DNA from: Sulfurimonas sp. UBA2011
Lineage (GTDB): Bacteria; Campylobacterota; Campylobacteria; Campylobacterales; Sulfurimonadaceae
Assembly (NCBI GenBank): GCA_002335055.1
Contig: DDCH01000004.1
Span: 215,678-279,677, forward strand
Reading direction: 5' to 3'
DNA length: 64,000 nt
Part shown: one piece after another, positions 36,083 through 46,290 of the stretch
How positions within the stretch are numbered: position 1 is the stretch's first letter
Layout: every line of letters begins with the position of its first letter
Translations under genes and position numbers: made by a program
Notes under the pieces: model-generated
The model's input: only the letters and a program-made list of their open reading frames with translations
Told to the model about the DNA's origin: nothing
The model's database searches: none

Positions 36083-37522
36083 ATGAATATAGATAACATG
36101 ATACTGCAAACTCCTTACCTCACACTTGATGAAGAGTTTTACAACTTAACTAAGAGTGATCCACTTGAAGAGCCTTACCTTATAAGCTTTAATCCCAATG
36201 CTGCAAAACTAATAAACCTTGACGAAGAGAGTGCTACTGACCCTCTTTTAGTTTCATTACTAAATGGTACTTTTATTCCTAAGGGTGCATCTCCTTTTGC
36301 TATGTGTTATGCTGGACATCAGTTTGGACACTATAACCCATGGCTTGGAGATGGCAGGGCAAATAACCTTGGAACTCTAAATGGTTGGAATCTCCAGACT
36401 AAAGGTTCAGGGGAGACTCTCTACTCAAGATCAGCTGATGGAAGAGCAGCTATCCGTTCTTCAATTAGAGAATATTTAATGAGTGAGTCTATGTTTCATC
36501 TAGGCATCGCTACAACAAGAGCATTAGGTATCATAGGCTCAAAAACAAAAATCATCCGAAATACAGTAGAAAATGCAGCAGTTGTTATGCGAATGTCTAC
36601 TAGTTGGGTGCGTTTTGGGACTTTTGAATACTTTTACTATAGACGAGAGTATGATAAGCTTCATTCACTTGCAGAGTATGTTATAGAAGAGTCGTATCCA
36701 CATCTACAAAGTGATGAAGATAGACTGCTGAAGATGTTTTGTGAAGTTGTTGATAGAACAGCTACACTTATAGCTCAATGGCAGGGTATAGGCTTTAACC
36801 ACGGTGTAATGAATACGGATAATATGTCCATAGCAGGACTAACAATCGATTATGGTCCTTTTGCTATGATGGATGACTTTAATTTTGGTTATATCTGTAA
36901 CTGCTCAGACACAGTTGGTCGTTATAGTTATGCAGAACAACCAAATGTAGCCTACTGGAACCTGACAATGCTTGCTAAAGCACTCTCACCAATCATCTCA
37001 AAAGATAAAATGGATAAAAAGTTAGAAGAGTATGGCACTTCTTTATATCCAAATGCCTACATAGATGTGATGTGTAAAAAAATCGGTCTTACTCAAAAAC
37101 TAGATAGTGATGCACAACTTGTTGAAGACCTTATTGTAGCACTGCATGATGCTTTTGTTGATTACACTCTTTTCTTTAGAACTTTGAGTCATTATGATGG
37201 CAATAGAGAAGATTTATATGACATTGCTATGAATCCTATAGTGATTGATAAATGGTTAGCACTCTATGACAAAAGACTTGTGTTTGAAGAGTTTACACAT
37301 GAACAGCGTAGCAGCCAAATGCTACAAGAAAATCCAAAATATGTCTTAAAAAACCATATGATTCAAGAGGCTATAGTTTTAGCAGAAGATGGTGACTTTT
37401 CTAGGGTAGAACAACTTTTATATCTAGCAGCTCACCCATATGATGAACTACCAGAGTTTGAACACTTTGCAGGGGATACTCCTGAAGAGTATAAAAATAT
37501 AGGACTTTCTTGCTCCTCTTAA
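36083..37522 (+). CDS. selO: protein adenylyltransferase SelO (YdiU/UPF0061)
   Basis: It has YAGHQFG, LGDGRA, KGSG.T.YSR and HGVMNTDNMSI motifs. Confidence 0.9.
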   Translation: MNIDNMILQTPYLTLDEEFYNLTKSDPLEEPYLISFNPNAAKLINLDEESATDPLLVSLLNGTFIPKGASPFAMCYAGHQFGHYNPWLGDGRANNLGTLNGWNLQTKGSGETLYSRSADGRAAIRSSIREYLMSESMFHLGIATTRALGIIGSKTKIIRNTVENAAVVMRMSTSWVRFGTFEYFYYRREYDKLHSLAEYVIEESYPHLQSDEDRLLKMFCEVVDRTATLIAQWQGIGFNHGVMNTDNMSIAGLTIDYGPFAMMDDFNFGYICNCSDTVGRYSYAEQPNVAYWNLTMLAKALSPIISKDKMDKKLEEYGTSLYPNAYIDVMCKKIGLTQKLDSDAQLVEDLIVALHDAFVDYTLFFRTLSHYDGNREDLYDIAMNPIVIDKWLALYDKRLVFEEFTHEQRSSQMLQENPKYVLKNHMIQEAIVLAEDGDFSRVEQLLYLAAHPYDELPEFEHFAGDTPEEYKNIGLSCSS

Positions 37523-38632
37523 CTACACTAGTTCAAATGTGACCTCTTTAAAAACTACACCATTTATAAGTATGGAGAGCTTTTGCTCCCCTTTGTAGTA
37601 AACCCTAGTGCTTATAGGCCTAAAAGAGTAGGTTTTGGAGACTGCTTTAGTCATCTCTTTATAAGTACCTTCGGCTATTTTAAATACTTTTTTATTGTGT
37701 TGATTATTTTTGCGTAAAAACCCCATAACAAATTCTATTCGTAATTTTTTTAGTTCAACTGGACTGATAATATCAAAAGAAAACTCTACTTCCTCACCCA
37801 TTCTTACATTATGAGTATGCGTGAAATTTTCTAAAGTGATACGGGAGGGTTTAGTAAAACCAAAAAGGGCTAAAACTTCGCTGTCACTTGCTTTAAGTAA
37901 TGTCCTGCAGCCATGTTTTAAAAGAGCATCTCTCTCTTTAGAAAAGCCTAGCCACTTTTTTGTAAGTCCTTTAACAAGTTCAGGGTTGTCTTTGGAAATA
38001 TCATTTAAGTTATTAGCCACACTTTTACGAACATAAGGACTAATATCATCCTTTAAAAAGTCTAAAATCTTTAAAACTGATGCAGGATTACTTTTAAACG
38101 CAGGAAGTGCAATTGCCCATGGTAAATGTGGACGACAACCTTCAGAGGATAAACGTCTGAGATGTTCATCTTCACGAGTAGCCCATATACACATCTGTGC
38201 CATCGTTTTTTCTTCATACTTAAGTATAAACTGTCTAATTGCAAACTCTGAAGAGCACTTATGTGTAAAAACCTCTAGTGCTTTCATAGAAGTATCAAAG
38301 GAATCTAAACCAAACACTTCAACAAAATCTTGAAATACCATATTCTCAAGTCCATATTTATGATTAAAATTAGTAAATATCAATTTAAGGATATCTATTG
38401 CCTTAGCATACTCTTTAGGTAAGAACTCCCCAAGAGTAGTACTTATATGCCGCATTCTTTCTTTTAGTTCATAGTCTTTGAAGTCTACATTAAAAATGGC
38501 TACTTTAAAAGAAGTTTGCTGAAAACTTGAGTACTCAAGACTTATATTTTTACAAAGAAGTTCTATGTACTCCTCGTTATATAAGTCTTTTAGTAGTGGT
38601 GCCACTATAAACCTTCCAAAATTACATTCCAA
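37523..38632 (-). CDS. DNA alkylation repair (AlkD-like HEAT-repeat) family protein
   Basis: EHLRRLSSEGCRPHLPW...SPYVRKSVANNLNDISKDNPELV is typical of this family. Confidence 0.7.
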   Translation of the reverse strand: MECNFGRFIVAPLLKDLYNEEYIELLCKNISLEYSSFQQTSFKVAIFNVDFKDYELKERMRHISTTLGEFLPKEYAKAIDILKLIFTNFNHKYGLENMVFQDFVEVFGLDSFDTSMKALEVFTHKCSSEFAIRQFILKYEEKTMAQMCIWATREDEHLRRLSSEGCRPHLPWAIALPAFKSNPASVLKILDFLKDDISPYVRKSVANNLNDISKDNPELVKGLTKKWLGFSKERDALLKHGCRTLLKASDSEVLALFGFTKPSRITLENFTHTHNVRMGEEVEFSFDIISPVELKKLRIEFVMGFLRKNNQHNKKVFKIAEGTYKEMTKAVSKTYSFRPISTRVYYKGEQKLSILINGVVFKEVTFELV

Positions 38633-39222
38633 AGTCTATCGACCTCTTTATCACTTAAAAATAGAGTGGACTTGTTCTCATAAAGTTCATCTAAGGAATT
38701 GCGTTTAATACCATAAGTATGTGTGCAGTTATAGTGTGTTGGTAAAAATGCTCGTATAAGTGAGATATCACCTACTATCTCCTTAGAACATAAAAAACAG
38801 TAATGCTCTTTATGCAGACGACCCTCATGTTCTAGAAGTTTTGTATAGAGTTCTATAGCTACTCTTTTAGGGTTTTGTTTGTTCCACTGGGTTTGAGCCT
38901 CTTGAAATAGATCAAAATAAAAAGAGCCAAGTTCTTCAGCATCTTTGAGGTGTTTATAAAAAAGCCCTGTAAAGTCTTGCCAAAAACGCAGGAGTTTATA
39001 GTCATTTATCCATGGGTAACCGATGTGTAGAACATCTTTGAGTCGTCCAATCGTACTCTTAGAAGATGGCTCTATTTCATAATCTATCTTAAAGCCAATA
39101 TTTATAGTTCCATGACGAGCACCGTAGAACCGGTAAAGGGTCTCTAACTTATCTTTAGATAAAATGGTTACTATTAAGTCCTCATCTTTAACTTTATTAA
39201 TGTTTATGATAAAACCTTGCAT
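38605..39222 (-). CDS. recO: DNA repair protein RecO
   Basis: This is the roughly 200-aa epsilonproteobacterial-size RecO. It has an OB-fold N-terminus (MQGFIININKVKDEDLIVTIL...LYRFYGARH) and a Cys-containing C-terminal region. Confidence 0.75.
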   Translation of the reverse strand: MQGFIININKVKDEDLIVTILSKDKLETLYRFYGARHGTINIGFKIDYEIEPSSKSTIGRLKDVLHIGYPWINDYKLLRFWQDFTGLFYKHLKDAEELGSFYFDLFQEAQTQWNKQNPKRVAIELYTKLLEHEGRLHKEHYCFLCSKEIVGDISLIRAFLPTHYNCTHTYGIKRNSLDELYENKSTLFLSDKEVDRLWNVILEGL

Positions 39223-39334
39223 GCCGAGATTATACCAAATTAACCTTATTTTAATGCTTCTTTAGATATCCTTCCATACTTATAATATTCATAAAATATA
39301 AAAGAATTACCTCTCATAATTACGAAGGATTACA

Positions 39335-42300
39335 ATGGCATGCAATTTAGATTTATTAACTTCTTTTAAAGACAACTGTGGATTTGGACTTTTAGCTTCA
39401 ATAGACAATAAACCTACACATAAAAACTTAGAAGATGCAATAACTTCATTATCAAGAATGATGCACAGGGGTGCAGTCGCGGCAGATGGTATAACAGGAG
39501 ATGGATCAGGTTTATTACTTTCCATTCCAAAATCATTCTTTGAAAAAGAGCTTTCACAAGATGGTGTAAATATTCCCCAAGAGTATGCTATAGCAATGGT
39601 GTTTTCAAATAATGAAAGCGATTTTGATATTATAGAATCTATATGTAAAAATAATGATCTTAAAGTTGTTTATACAAGAGATGTGCCTATCAATACTAAT
39701 GCACTAGGTGCTCAAGCATTAGAGTCACTTCCAAGTATTAAGCAGCTTTTTGTTGTACCAAATTCTCCAGTTGCAACTGAAAGACTAGATGCACTTGTAT
39801 ATCTTTCAAGAAAGGAGATAGAAGCGAAGCTTAAAGATGATGCAACATTTTACATCCCATCATTTTCAACAACCGTAGTATCATACAAAGGTCTTGTTAT
39901 GCCAACGCATATCAAAGAGTTTTATACAGATTTAGCATCAGAGGATTTTAAAATATCTTTTTGTCTGTTTCACCAAAGATTCTCTACAAACACTTTACCA
40001 CAATGGAAACTCGCACAACCATTTAGAACTATTGCACATAATGGTGAGATCAACTCTGTTACAGCAAATCGATTTAATGTAAAAATGAAAATGGCTGCCG
40101 TTAAGTCTGAAATATTTACAGATGAAGAGATGACAAAACTAATGGATGTTATTCAAGATGGTATGAGTGATTCTGCTAGTTTAGATAACTTTATGGAGTT
40201 TTTACATGTAAATGGAGTGGACTTCTTTAAAGCAGCACGTTCTCTTATCCCTGCACCTTGGCATAATGACCATGCTATGGATTCAAAGCTTAGAGCCTTT
40301 TATGAGTATGCAAGTGCTTGTTTTGAGCCATGGGATGGACCAGCTGCCGTAAGTATGACAGATGGAAGATTTATCGGATGTGTGATTGATAGAAATGGAT
40401 TAAGACCATCTAAATATATTCTTACAACTGACAATAGAATACTTATCTCATCAGAATATGGTGTACTAGAATTACCTGAAGAGGAAATTGTTGAGAGAGG
40501 ACGCCTTCAGTCTGGAGAAATGATCGGAATCGACCTTAAGTATGGAAAAGTACTTAAAAATGAAGATATCAACGAGCATCTTAAATCTATGCATAATTAT
40601 GATAAATGGCTATCTGAAAATATGTCTTACCTTCAAGAGCATGCTATTACAGCTGATTTTGAAGATTGTGAGTTCCAAGAGAGTGAAATGGAAGCAAAAC
40701 AGCGATACTTCAACTACACTCAAGAGTTAAATAAACAAGTAATCGGACCAATGTTAAAAGAGGGTAAAGAGACAACGGGTGCAATGGGTGATGATACACC
40801 AATTGCAGCTTTCTCAGCTGAGCAAAGAAACTTTACAGACTTTTTCAAGCAAAAATTTGCACAAGTAACAAATCCACCAATTGACTCAATTAGAGAAAAA
40901 ATTGTAATGAGTTTAAATACTGGTTTTGGAGAAAAAAGAAATATTCTTGCAGATGATGCGGAACATGCGAAGAGACTTAAAACTGTACTTCCTATTATGT
41001 CAAAAGAAAAATTCTTAATTTTACAAGAGTTTGGTGATAAAACATCTTCAAAATATGATTCAGCTTATAAGGTTGGTAAATATTCAACAACATATACTAA
41101 TGATCTTAAAGGCTCTCTAGATGCTTTAATTGAAAAGATTATAGTGGATGTAAGAGATAATGGTGTAAGAACTATTATTTTAGATGATAGAGAGTTAGAT
41201 GCAAACAATAAAGTAATTCCAATGCTAATGCTAATTGGTTGTGCGAGCCAAAGACTACTAGATGTAAAGCTAAGACACCTTGTAAGTATGGTAGCCGTTA
41301 CCGGAGAAGTTTACGATCCACATTCAGCCGCTTGTATGATAGCATATGGTGCAGTGGCAATTTTTCCTTATCTTCTATACTATACAGTTGAGCAAATAGC
41401 AGAAGGTACAGAATATGCAGAGGATATGCCTCATAATCTAAGAAGATTCAGACGTGCTATGGGTGCAGGTCTTTCAAAAATTATGTCTAAAATGGGAATT
41501 GCAACTATTTCTTCATACAAAAACTCTCGTCTTTTTGATGTCATTGGCTTAAGTGAAGAAGTTGTAAATGATTGTTTTAATGGAAGTATTTCATTGTTAG
41601 CAGGGCTAGGTTATGAAGATATTGACGAGAGATTAAATTCTAATCATAAAAGAGCATTTACAGATGAATTTGAAGGTAAAGACAAAGCACTATACAAAGG
41701 TGGTTACTACAAGTATAGAAAAGGTGAAGAGTTCCATGATCTTTCTAAACCAACGATTGCAGCAATTCAAAATGCTGGGGCATCTGGTAAAAAAGAAGAC
41801 TGGAATAAACTAAAAGAGTTAGTAGATGGAAGAGATAAAAAGTTTATTAGAGATTTCTTTGAACTTAAAAGTGATAGAAAAGCGATTCCAGTTGATGAAG
41901 TTGAGCCCTTATCAGAAATTTTTAAAAGATTCTCTACAGCAGCAATGTCTATGGGATCTATTTCACAAGAAGCTCATGAAACTTTAGCCGTAGCTATGAA
42001 TACAATCGGTGGAAAATCAAACTCAGGTGAGGGTGGTGAAGCAAAAGAGAGACTTAAAAGTAATAGAAACTCTAAGATTAAACAGGTTGCATCAGGTAGA
42101 TTCGGTGTTACTCCGGAGTATTTACAATCTGCTGAGGAGATACAAATTAAGGTTGCTCAAGGTGCTAAGCCTGGTGAGGGTGGACAGTTACCAGGATCAA
42201 AGGTTTCTCCACTTATTGCAACACTTAGATTTACAAAACCTGGTGTGACGTTGATTTCACCTCCACCACACCACGATATTTACTCAATTGAAGATTTAGC

Positions 42301-43768
42301 TCAGCTTATTTATGATCTCAAACAAGCTAACCCTAGAGCAAAAATTGCAGTTAAACTTGTATCTTCTGCCGGTGTTGGAACAATTGCTTCTGGTGTTGCT
42401 AAAGCATACGCTGATAAGATCATTATCTCAGGCGGAGATGGTGGTACTGGTGCTGCACCTATAGGATCAGTTAGATTTGCAGGTAACCCATGGGAATTAG
42501 GTCTCTCTGAAGCACATAATGCTCTAAAAGTAAATAACCTAAGAGGACAAGTTACACTTGAAACTGATGGTGGGCTAAAAACTGGCTTAGATGTTATTAA
42601 AGCTGCTATATTTGGTGCTGAACAGTATGCATTTGGTACTGGTGCACTTGTAATTGTTGGGTGTATTATGCTTAGAGTCTGTCACTTGAATACATGTGCT
42701 GTTGGTGTTGCCACGCAAGATGAAACATTACGAGCAAAATTCAATGGTAATGTTGAGAAGGTTATTAACTATTTCACACTATTAGCTGAGGATGTTAGAG
42801 AAATTCTTGCATCACTTGGATATAAATCTTTAGAAGAGATTGTCGGTCAAGATCAGCTTCTTAAAGTTATTGATGATGAGTTTGCTAAGAAATTTGACTT
42901 TGAATCATTAATTTATAGAATAGAGGGTGTTAATACGTGTCAAGTAGAGTTTAATGAACCCTACGATAAAAATGAGTATGAAAAAGAGCTTATTAAAGAG
43001 TTACTTCCTACAATTGAAAATCCACAAAAACCAATAGTATTAGAAAAAAATATCTCTAACTTAAATAGAAGTTTTGCTACAAGAATATCAGGTGAGATTG
43101 CTAAGAGATATGGAAATGATGGATTACCTGACAACACAATTACATTAAATATGAAAGGTGTAGCAGGACAATCACTTGGTGCGTTTATGACTAAGGGAAT
43201 CAACATCAACATAGATGGTGCAGGTAATGACTATATCGGTAAAGGTATGAATGGTGGAAACATTGTAATTACTGCAAAAAATAGCGGGCAAAATTTTGCA
43301 CTTGGTGGAAATACTTGTCTTTACGGTGCAACTGGTGGTTCTCTTTACATCAATGGTCAAGTTGGTGAGAGATTTGCTGTAAGAAACTCTGGTGCTACAA
43401 CTATTGTTGAGGGTACTGGAGATCATCCATGTGAATATATGACAGCTGGAACAGTGGTAATACTTGGTAAAACAGGTGTTAACTTTGGTGCTGGTATGAC
43501 AGGTGGTAAAGCATTTGTTTATGATGAAGATAGAACATTCTACGAAAAGATCAATACAGAGCTTGTAGAAGCAATCAGAATTGATAATGATGAGTTTGAT
43601 GCAGACATGTTTGAGCTTAAAAATCTTCTTAAAGACTTTGTAGAGAAGACAGGAAGTAAAATAGCACAAGATATTTTGAATAATTTTAGAAGTGAAGTTC
43701 GAAAAATATGGATGATAATTCCTATAGGTGCTAGACCTTCATTAGAAGCCAGTAAAAGAGGGGAATAG
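39335..43768 (+). CDS. gltB: glutamate synthase large subunit
   Basis: The 1477-aa product has an Ntn amidotransferase N-terminus (CGFGLLA), an FMN/3Fe-4S central domain and a C-terminal GXGXG beta-helix domain. Confidence 0.95.
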   Translation: MACNLDLLTSFKDNCGFGLLASIDNKPTHKNLEDAITSLSRMMHRGAVAADGITGDGSGLLLSIPKSFFEKELSQDGVNIPQEYAIAMVFSNNESDFDIIESICKNNDLKVVYTRDVPINTNALGAQALESLPSIKQLFVVPNSPVATERLDALVYLSRKEIEAKLKDDATFYIPSFSTTVVSYKGLVMPTHIKEFYTDLASEDFKISFCLFHQRFSTNTLPQWKLAQPFRTIAHNGEINSVTANRFNVKMKMAAVKSEIFTDEEMTKLMDVIQDGMSDSASLDNFMEFLHVNGVDFFKAARSLIPAPWHNDHAMDSKLRAFYEYASACFEPWDGPAAVSMTDGRFIGCVIDRNGLRPSKYILTTDNRILISSEYGVLELPEEEIVERGRLQSGEMIGIDLKYGKVLKNEDINEHLKSMHNYDKWLSENMSYLQEHAITADFEDCEFQESEMEAKQRYFNYTQELNKQVIGPMLKEGKETTGAMGDDTPIAAFSAEQRNFTDFFKQKFAQVTNPPIDSIREKIVMSLNTGFGEKRNILADDAEHAKRLKTVLPIMSKEKFLILQEFGDKTSSKYDSAYKVGKYSTTYTNDLKGSLDALIEKIIVDVRDNGVRTIILDDRELDANNKVIPMLMLIGCASQRLLDVKLRHLVSMVAVTGEVYDPHSAACMIAYGAVAIFPYLLYYTVEQIAEGTEYAEDMPHNLRRFRRAMGAGLSKIMSKMGIATISSYKNSRLFDVIGLSEEVVNDCFNGSISLLAGLGYEDIDERLNSNHKRAFTDEFEGKDKALYKGGYYKYRKGEEFHDLSKPTIAAIQNAGASGKKEDWNKLKELVDGRDKKFIRDFFELKSDRKAIPVDEVEPLSEIFKRFSTAAMSMGSISQEAHETLAVAMNTIGGKSNSGEGGEAKERLKSNRNSKIKQVASGRFGVTPEYLQSAEEIQIKVAQGAKPGEGGQLPGSKVSPLIATLRFTKPGVTLISPPPHHDIYSIEDLAQLIYDLKQANPRAKIAVKLVSSAGVGTIASGVAKAYADKIIISGGDGGTGAAPIGSVRFAGNPWELGLSEAHNALKVNNLRGQVTLETDGGLKTGLDVIKAAIFGAEQYAFGTGALVIVGCIMLRVCHLNTCAVGVATQDETLRAKFNGNVEKVINYFTLLAEDVREILASLGYKSLEEIVGQDQLLKVIDDEFAKKFDFESLIYRIEGVNTCQVEFNEPYDKNEYEKELIKELLPTIENPQKPIVLEKNISNLNRSFATRISGEIAKRYGNDGLPDNTITLNMKGVAGQSLGAFMTKGININIDGAGNDYIGKGMNGGNIVITAKNSGQNFALGGNTCLYGATGGSLYINGQVGERFAVRNSGATTIVEGTGDHPCEYMTAGTVVILGKTGVNFGAGMTGGKAFVYDEDRTFYEKINTELVEAIRIDNDEFDADMFELKNLLKDFVEKTGSKIAQDILNNFRSEVRKIWMIIPIGARPSLEASKRGE

Positions 43769-43796
43769 TAAAAATAACTCTGTTATAATGTAATTA

Positions 43797-43918
43797 GGGT
43801 TTGATCCTGTGGTAGCATCTTTCTTAGCAGAAAATGGAATCGAGACTAACTCTTCGTTACGGCTGCGTTTGATGGTCGTGAAGCTGCAAGAAGTATCTCT
43901 GAATCTTTACTAAAGTAA
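43797..43918 (+). pseudogene. gltD: remnant of glutamate synthase small subunit gene (gltD)
   Basis: Two short frames survive. GFDPVVASFLAENGIETN lies in frame 0. LFVTAAFDGREAARSISESLLK* lies in another frame and resembles the conserved C-terminus of GltD-type flavoproteins (..AI..GR.AA..I..YL). G+C is higher than in true spacers. Confidence 0.4.
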
Positions 43919-43938
43919 AACTTACAAAGTATCAGTTT

Positions 43939-43955
43939 GTACATTTTTCATGTAC
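43939..43955 (+). terminator. stem-loop after the gltB/gltD remnant
   Basis: GTACAT-ttttc-ATGTAC is followed by a T-rich tract. Confidence 0.35.
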
Positions 43956-44051
43956 GAATTGATATTCTTCTTTGATTAAAAACTACATTTCTTTCCTAAA
44001 ATAAGTATAAATAAGCTATAATAATAGCTATATATAATTTAAGGATTTTTT

Positions 44052-44894
44052 TTGAACCTACTCGATCTATTTCATAAAACTTTTGATAACAAACCAGCTA
44101 TAAAAGAAGAGGCATCTTCACACTGGATTACATGTAAATCTTGCAATTCAACTATGTACTATAAAGAAGTTGAGAACCAAAATTATGTATGTCCTAAATG
44201 TGGATACCATATCCGTATCGGTGTAAAAGAGAGAATAGAACTTCTTTCAGACGAAGGAACTTTTGTTGAGTTTGATGCTAATTTAGAACCAGTTGATCCA
44301 TTGAAGTTTGTTGATAAGAAACCTTATAAGCAAAGAATCGAAGAGGGCTTTAAAAAAACAGGACGTAAATCATCGGTAGTTTCAGGTAGTTGTAAAATGA
44401 ATGGAGTATCTATCCAAATAGTGATTTTTGACTTTGCTTTTATGGGTGGAAGTTTAGGCTCCGTAGAGGGTGAAAAAATAGTTCGTGCAGTAGGTCGTGC
44501 TATAGAAAATAGAGAAGGCCTTGTAATACTTTCTGCTTCTGGTGGTGCACGTATGCAAGAGTCTACATTTTCATTACTTCAGATGAGTAAAACATCAGCT
44601 GCTTTAGCAAAATTAGCAAAACAGAATCTACCTTATATTTCTGTACTTACTGACCCAACAATGGGTGGTGTATCTGCATCATTCGCAACACTTGGTGATA
44701 TTATCATAGCTGAGCCTGGTGCACTTATTGGATTTGCAGGACAGCGAGTTATCGAGCAGACTATTGGTTCAGCACTTCCTGATGGTTTTCAACGTGCAGA
44801 ATTTTTACTTGAAAAAGGTTCTATTGATATGATAGTAAATAGAAATGAGCTTAAAAAAACACTCTCAGATCTTTTTACACTTTTAAAAGTATAA
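44052..44894 (+). CDS. accD: acetyl-CoA carboxylase carboxyltransferase beta subunit
   Basis: It has a TTG start, a zinc ribbon (CKSCNS...CPKCGYH) and the carboxyltransferase core GGSLGSVEGEK...GGARMQE. Confidence 0.9.
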   Translation: MNLLDLFHKTFDNKPAIKEEASSHWITCKSCNSTMYYKEVENQNYVCPKCGYHIRIGVKERIELLSDEGTFVEFDANLEPVDPLKFVDKKPYKQRIEEGFKKTGRKSSVVSGSCKMNGVSIQIVIFDFAFMGGSLGSVEGEKIVRAVGRAIENREGLVILSASGGARMQESTFSLLQMSKTSAALAKLAKQNLPYISVLTDPTMGGVSASFATLGDIIIAEPGALIGFAGQRVIEQTIGSALPDGFQRAEFLLEKGSIDMIVNRNELKKTLSDLFTLLKV

Positions 44895-44897
44895 AGG

Positions 44898-45461
44898 ATG
44901 AGACTCTATGCCCTCTGTGATCAAGATATGCTTGATACAAAAGGGGTTAGTATCGAAGAATATATTACTGCAGCTAAAGAACATAATGCTGAGATAATTC
45001 AGTACCGTAATAAAAATGCTGATATGGAGTTTATTAAAGAACAACTTATTTTTATCAGAAAAATATATGATGGTTTTTTAATCGTTAATGATGCTATTGA
45101 ACTAGTTGAGTACTGCGATGGAGTACATCTTGGACAAGAAGATCTTTTAAAAATTGATGAAGATATCCATAAGGCTGTTAAACTTGTTCGTAGTGTGGTA
45201 ACCGGAGATAAAATTTTAGGTATATCAACACATAACAAAGAAGAAGTACTCCAAGCTAATAGTCTTGACTTAAACTACATTGGTTTAGGGGCATATAGAA
45301 GTACTGACACTAAAAAAGACATCACTGGTATACTAGGAGACTCTTTAGAAGATATCGCCTCAGAATCTAAGCATTTGGTTGGAGCTATTGGTGGTGTGAG
45401 ACTTGATGATGAGTTTACTCATGTTACTTATAATGTTATAGGAAGCGGTCTTCTCAAATGA
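44898..45461 (+). CDS. thiE: thiamine-phosphate synthase
   Basis: It has [19 protein letters not shown] and GAIGG motifs. The TGA stop overlaps the rlmH ATG. Confidence 0.8.
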   Translation: MRLYALCDQDMLDTKGVSIEEYITAAKEHNAEIIQYRNKNADMEFIKEQLIFIRKIYDGFLIVNDAIELVEYCDGVHLGQEDLLKIDEDIHKAVKLVRSVVTGDKILGISTHNKEEVLQANSLDLNYIGLGAYRSTDTKKDITGILGDSLEDIASESKHLVGAIGGVRLDDEFTHVTYNVIGSGLLK

Positions 45462-45916
45462 ATATAGAAATCATCAGTATTGCTAAAAAAGAGAAAACTA
45501 TTTACGATCCTCTCTATAAAGAGTTAACAAAAATGATTTCTCGCTTCGCAAATGTAAAAGATATTGAAATTTTTAACAAAGATGTAACAAAAGCACACAC
45601 TATTTCCAAAAAGTCAGCACAGGTGGTATATACAAAGGTACTAGAACCTCATATTAGCTCTACTTATAGTGTTGTTTTACACCCAGATGGTAAAATAATC
45701 GATAGTTTTGAATTTAGTAAGCTTTTAGATGGTAGAATGTCAATTAAATTTTTCATAGGTGGTGCATACGGTTTTGAAGATGACTTTTTAAACAAAAGTG
45801 ATGTTGTCATAAGCCTAGGAAAAATCACGATGAGCCATAAGATTGCTAAAGCAGTTTTGCTCGAACAGATATATCGTGGTTTTTCTATTTTAACAAATCA
45901 TCCATATCATAAGTAA
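45458..45916 (+). CDS. rlmH: 23S rRNA (pseudouridine1915-N3)-methyltransferase RlmH
   Basis: It has the SPOUT C-terminus FFIGGAYGF...[22 protein letters not shown]...NHPYHK. Confidence 0.85.
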   Translation: MNIEIISIAKKEKTIYDPLYKELTKMISRFANVKDIEIFNKDVTKAHTISKKSAQVVYTKVLEPHISSTYSVVLHPDGKIIDSFEFSKLLDGRMSIKFFIGGAYGFEDDFLNKSDVVISLGKITMSHKIAKAVLLEQIYRGFSILTNHPYHK

Positions 45917-45928
45917 AGGGATATATAA

Positions 45929-46279
45929 GTGCAAGCAAGTGAGTTAAGTTATTTTAAAGAAATACTAGAAAATCGTAAAAAACAGATAAATAGTAATATT
46001 GACGGTGTTAACAGAGAGTTAAGTCAATTAAACGAATTAGAGTTAAATGATGAGGGTGACCATGCCGCAGTTAATAATAACTCGATGGTAGAGAGTGCTA
46101 TAATTATACAACAAACACAGGAACTCCATGAGATTGAAGTTACTTTAGGTAAAATATCATATGGTGACTACGGTATTTGCGAAATGTGTGAGGACGATAT
46201 AGGTTTTCAACGTTTAAAAGTAAAATCACATGCAATATATTGCATTGACTGTAGAGAGATAGTAGAAAAAACTCAATAA
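45929..46279 (+). CDS. DksA/TraR-family C4 zinc-finger protein
   Basis: It has a GTG start, a coiled-coil N-terminus and CEMCEDDI...CIDCRE. Confidence 0.8.
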   Translation: MQASELSYFKEILENRKKQINSNIDGVNRELSQLNELELNDEGDHAAVNNNSMVESAIIIQQTQELHEIEVTLGKISYGDYGICEMCEDDIGFQRLKVKSHAIYCIDCREIVEKTQ

Positions 46280-46290
46280 TAGGAAAAAGA

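Noticed and set aside
43172-43669. A 165-aa Cys-rich ORF antisense to gltB. Many other antisense or overlapping ORFs in the track are of the same kind (for example 492..992, 3792..4076, 9557..9748, 10850..11122, 23778..24350, 47511..48021, 55254..55613).
   Set aside because: These are shadow ORFs inside strongly supported genes. Their composition mirrors the codon usage of the sense strand, and they have no independent signals.
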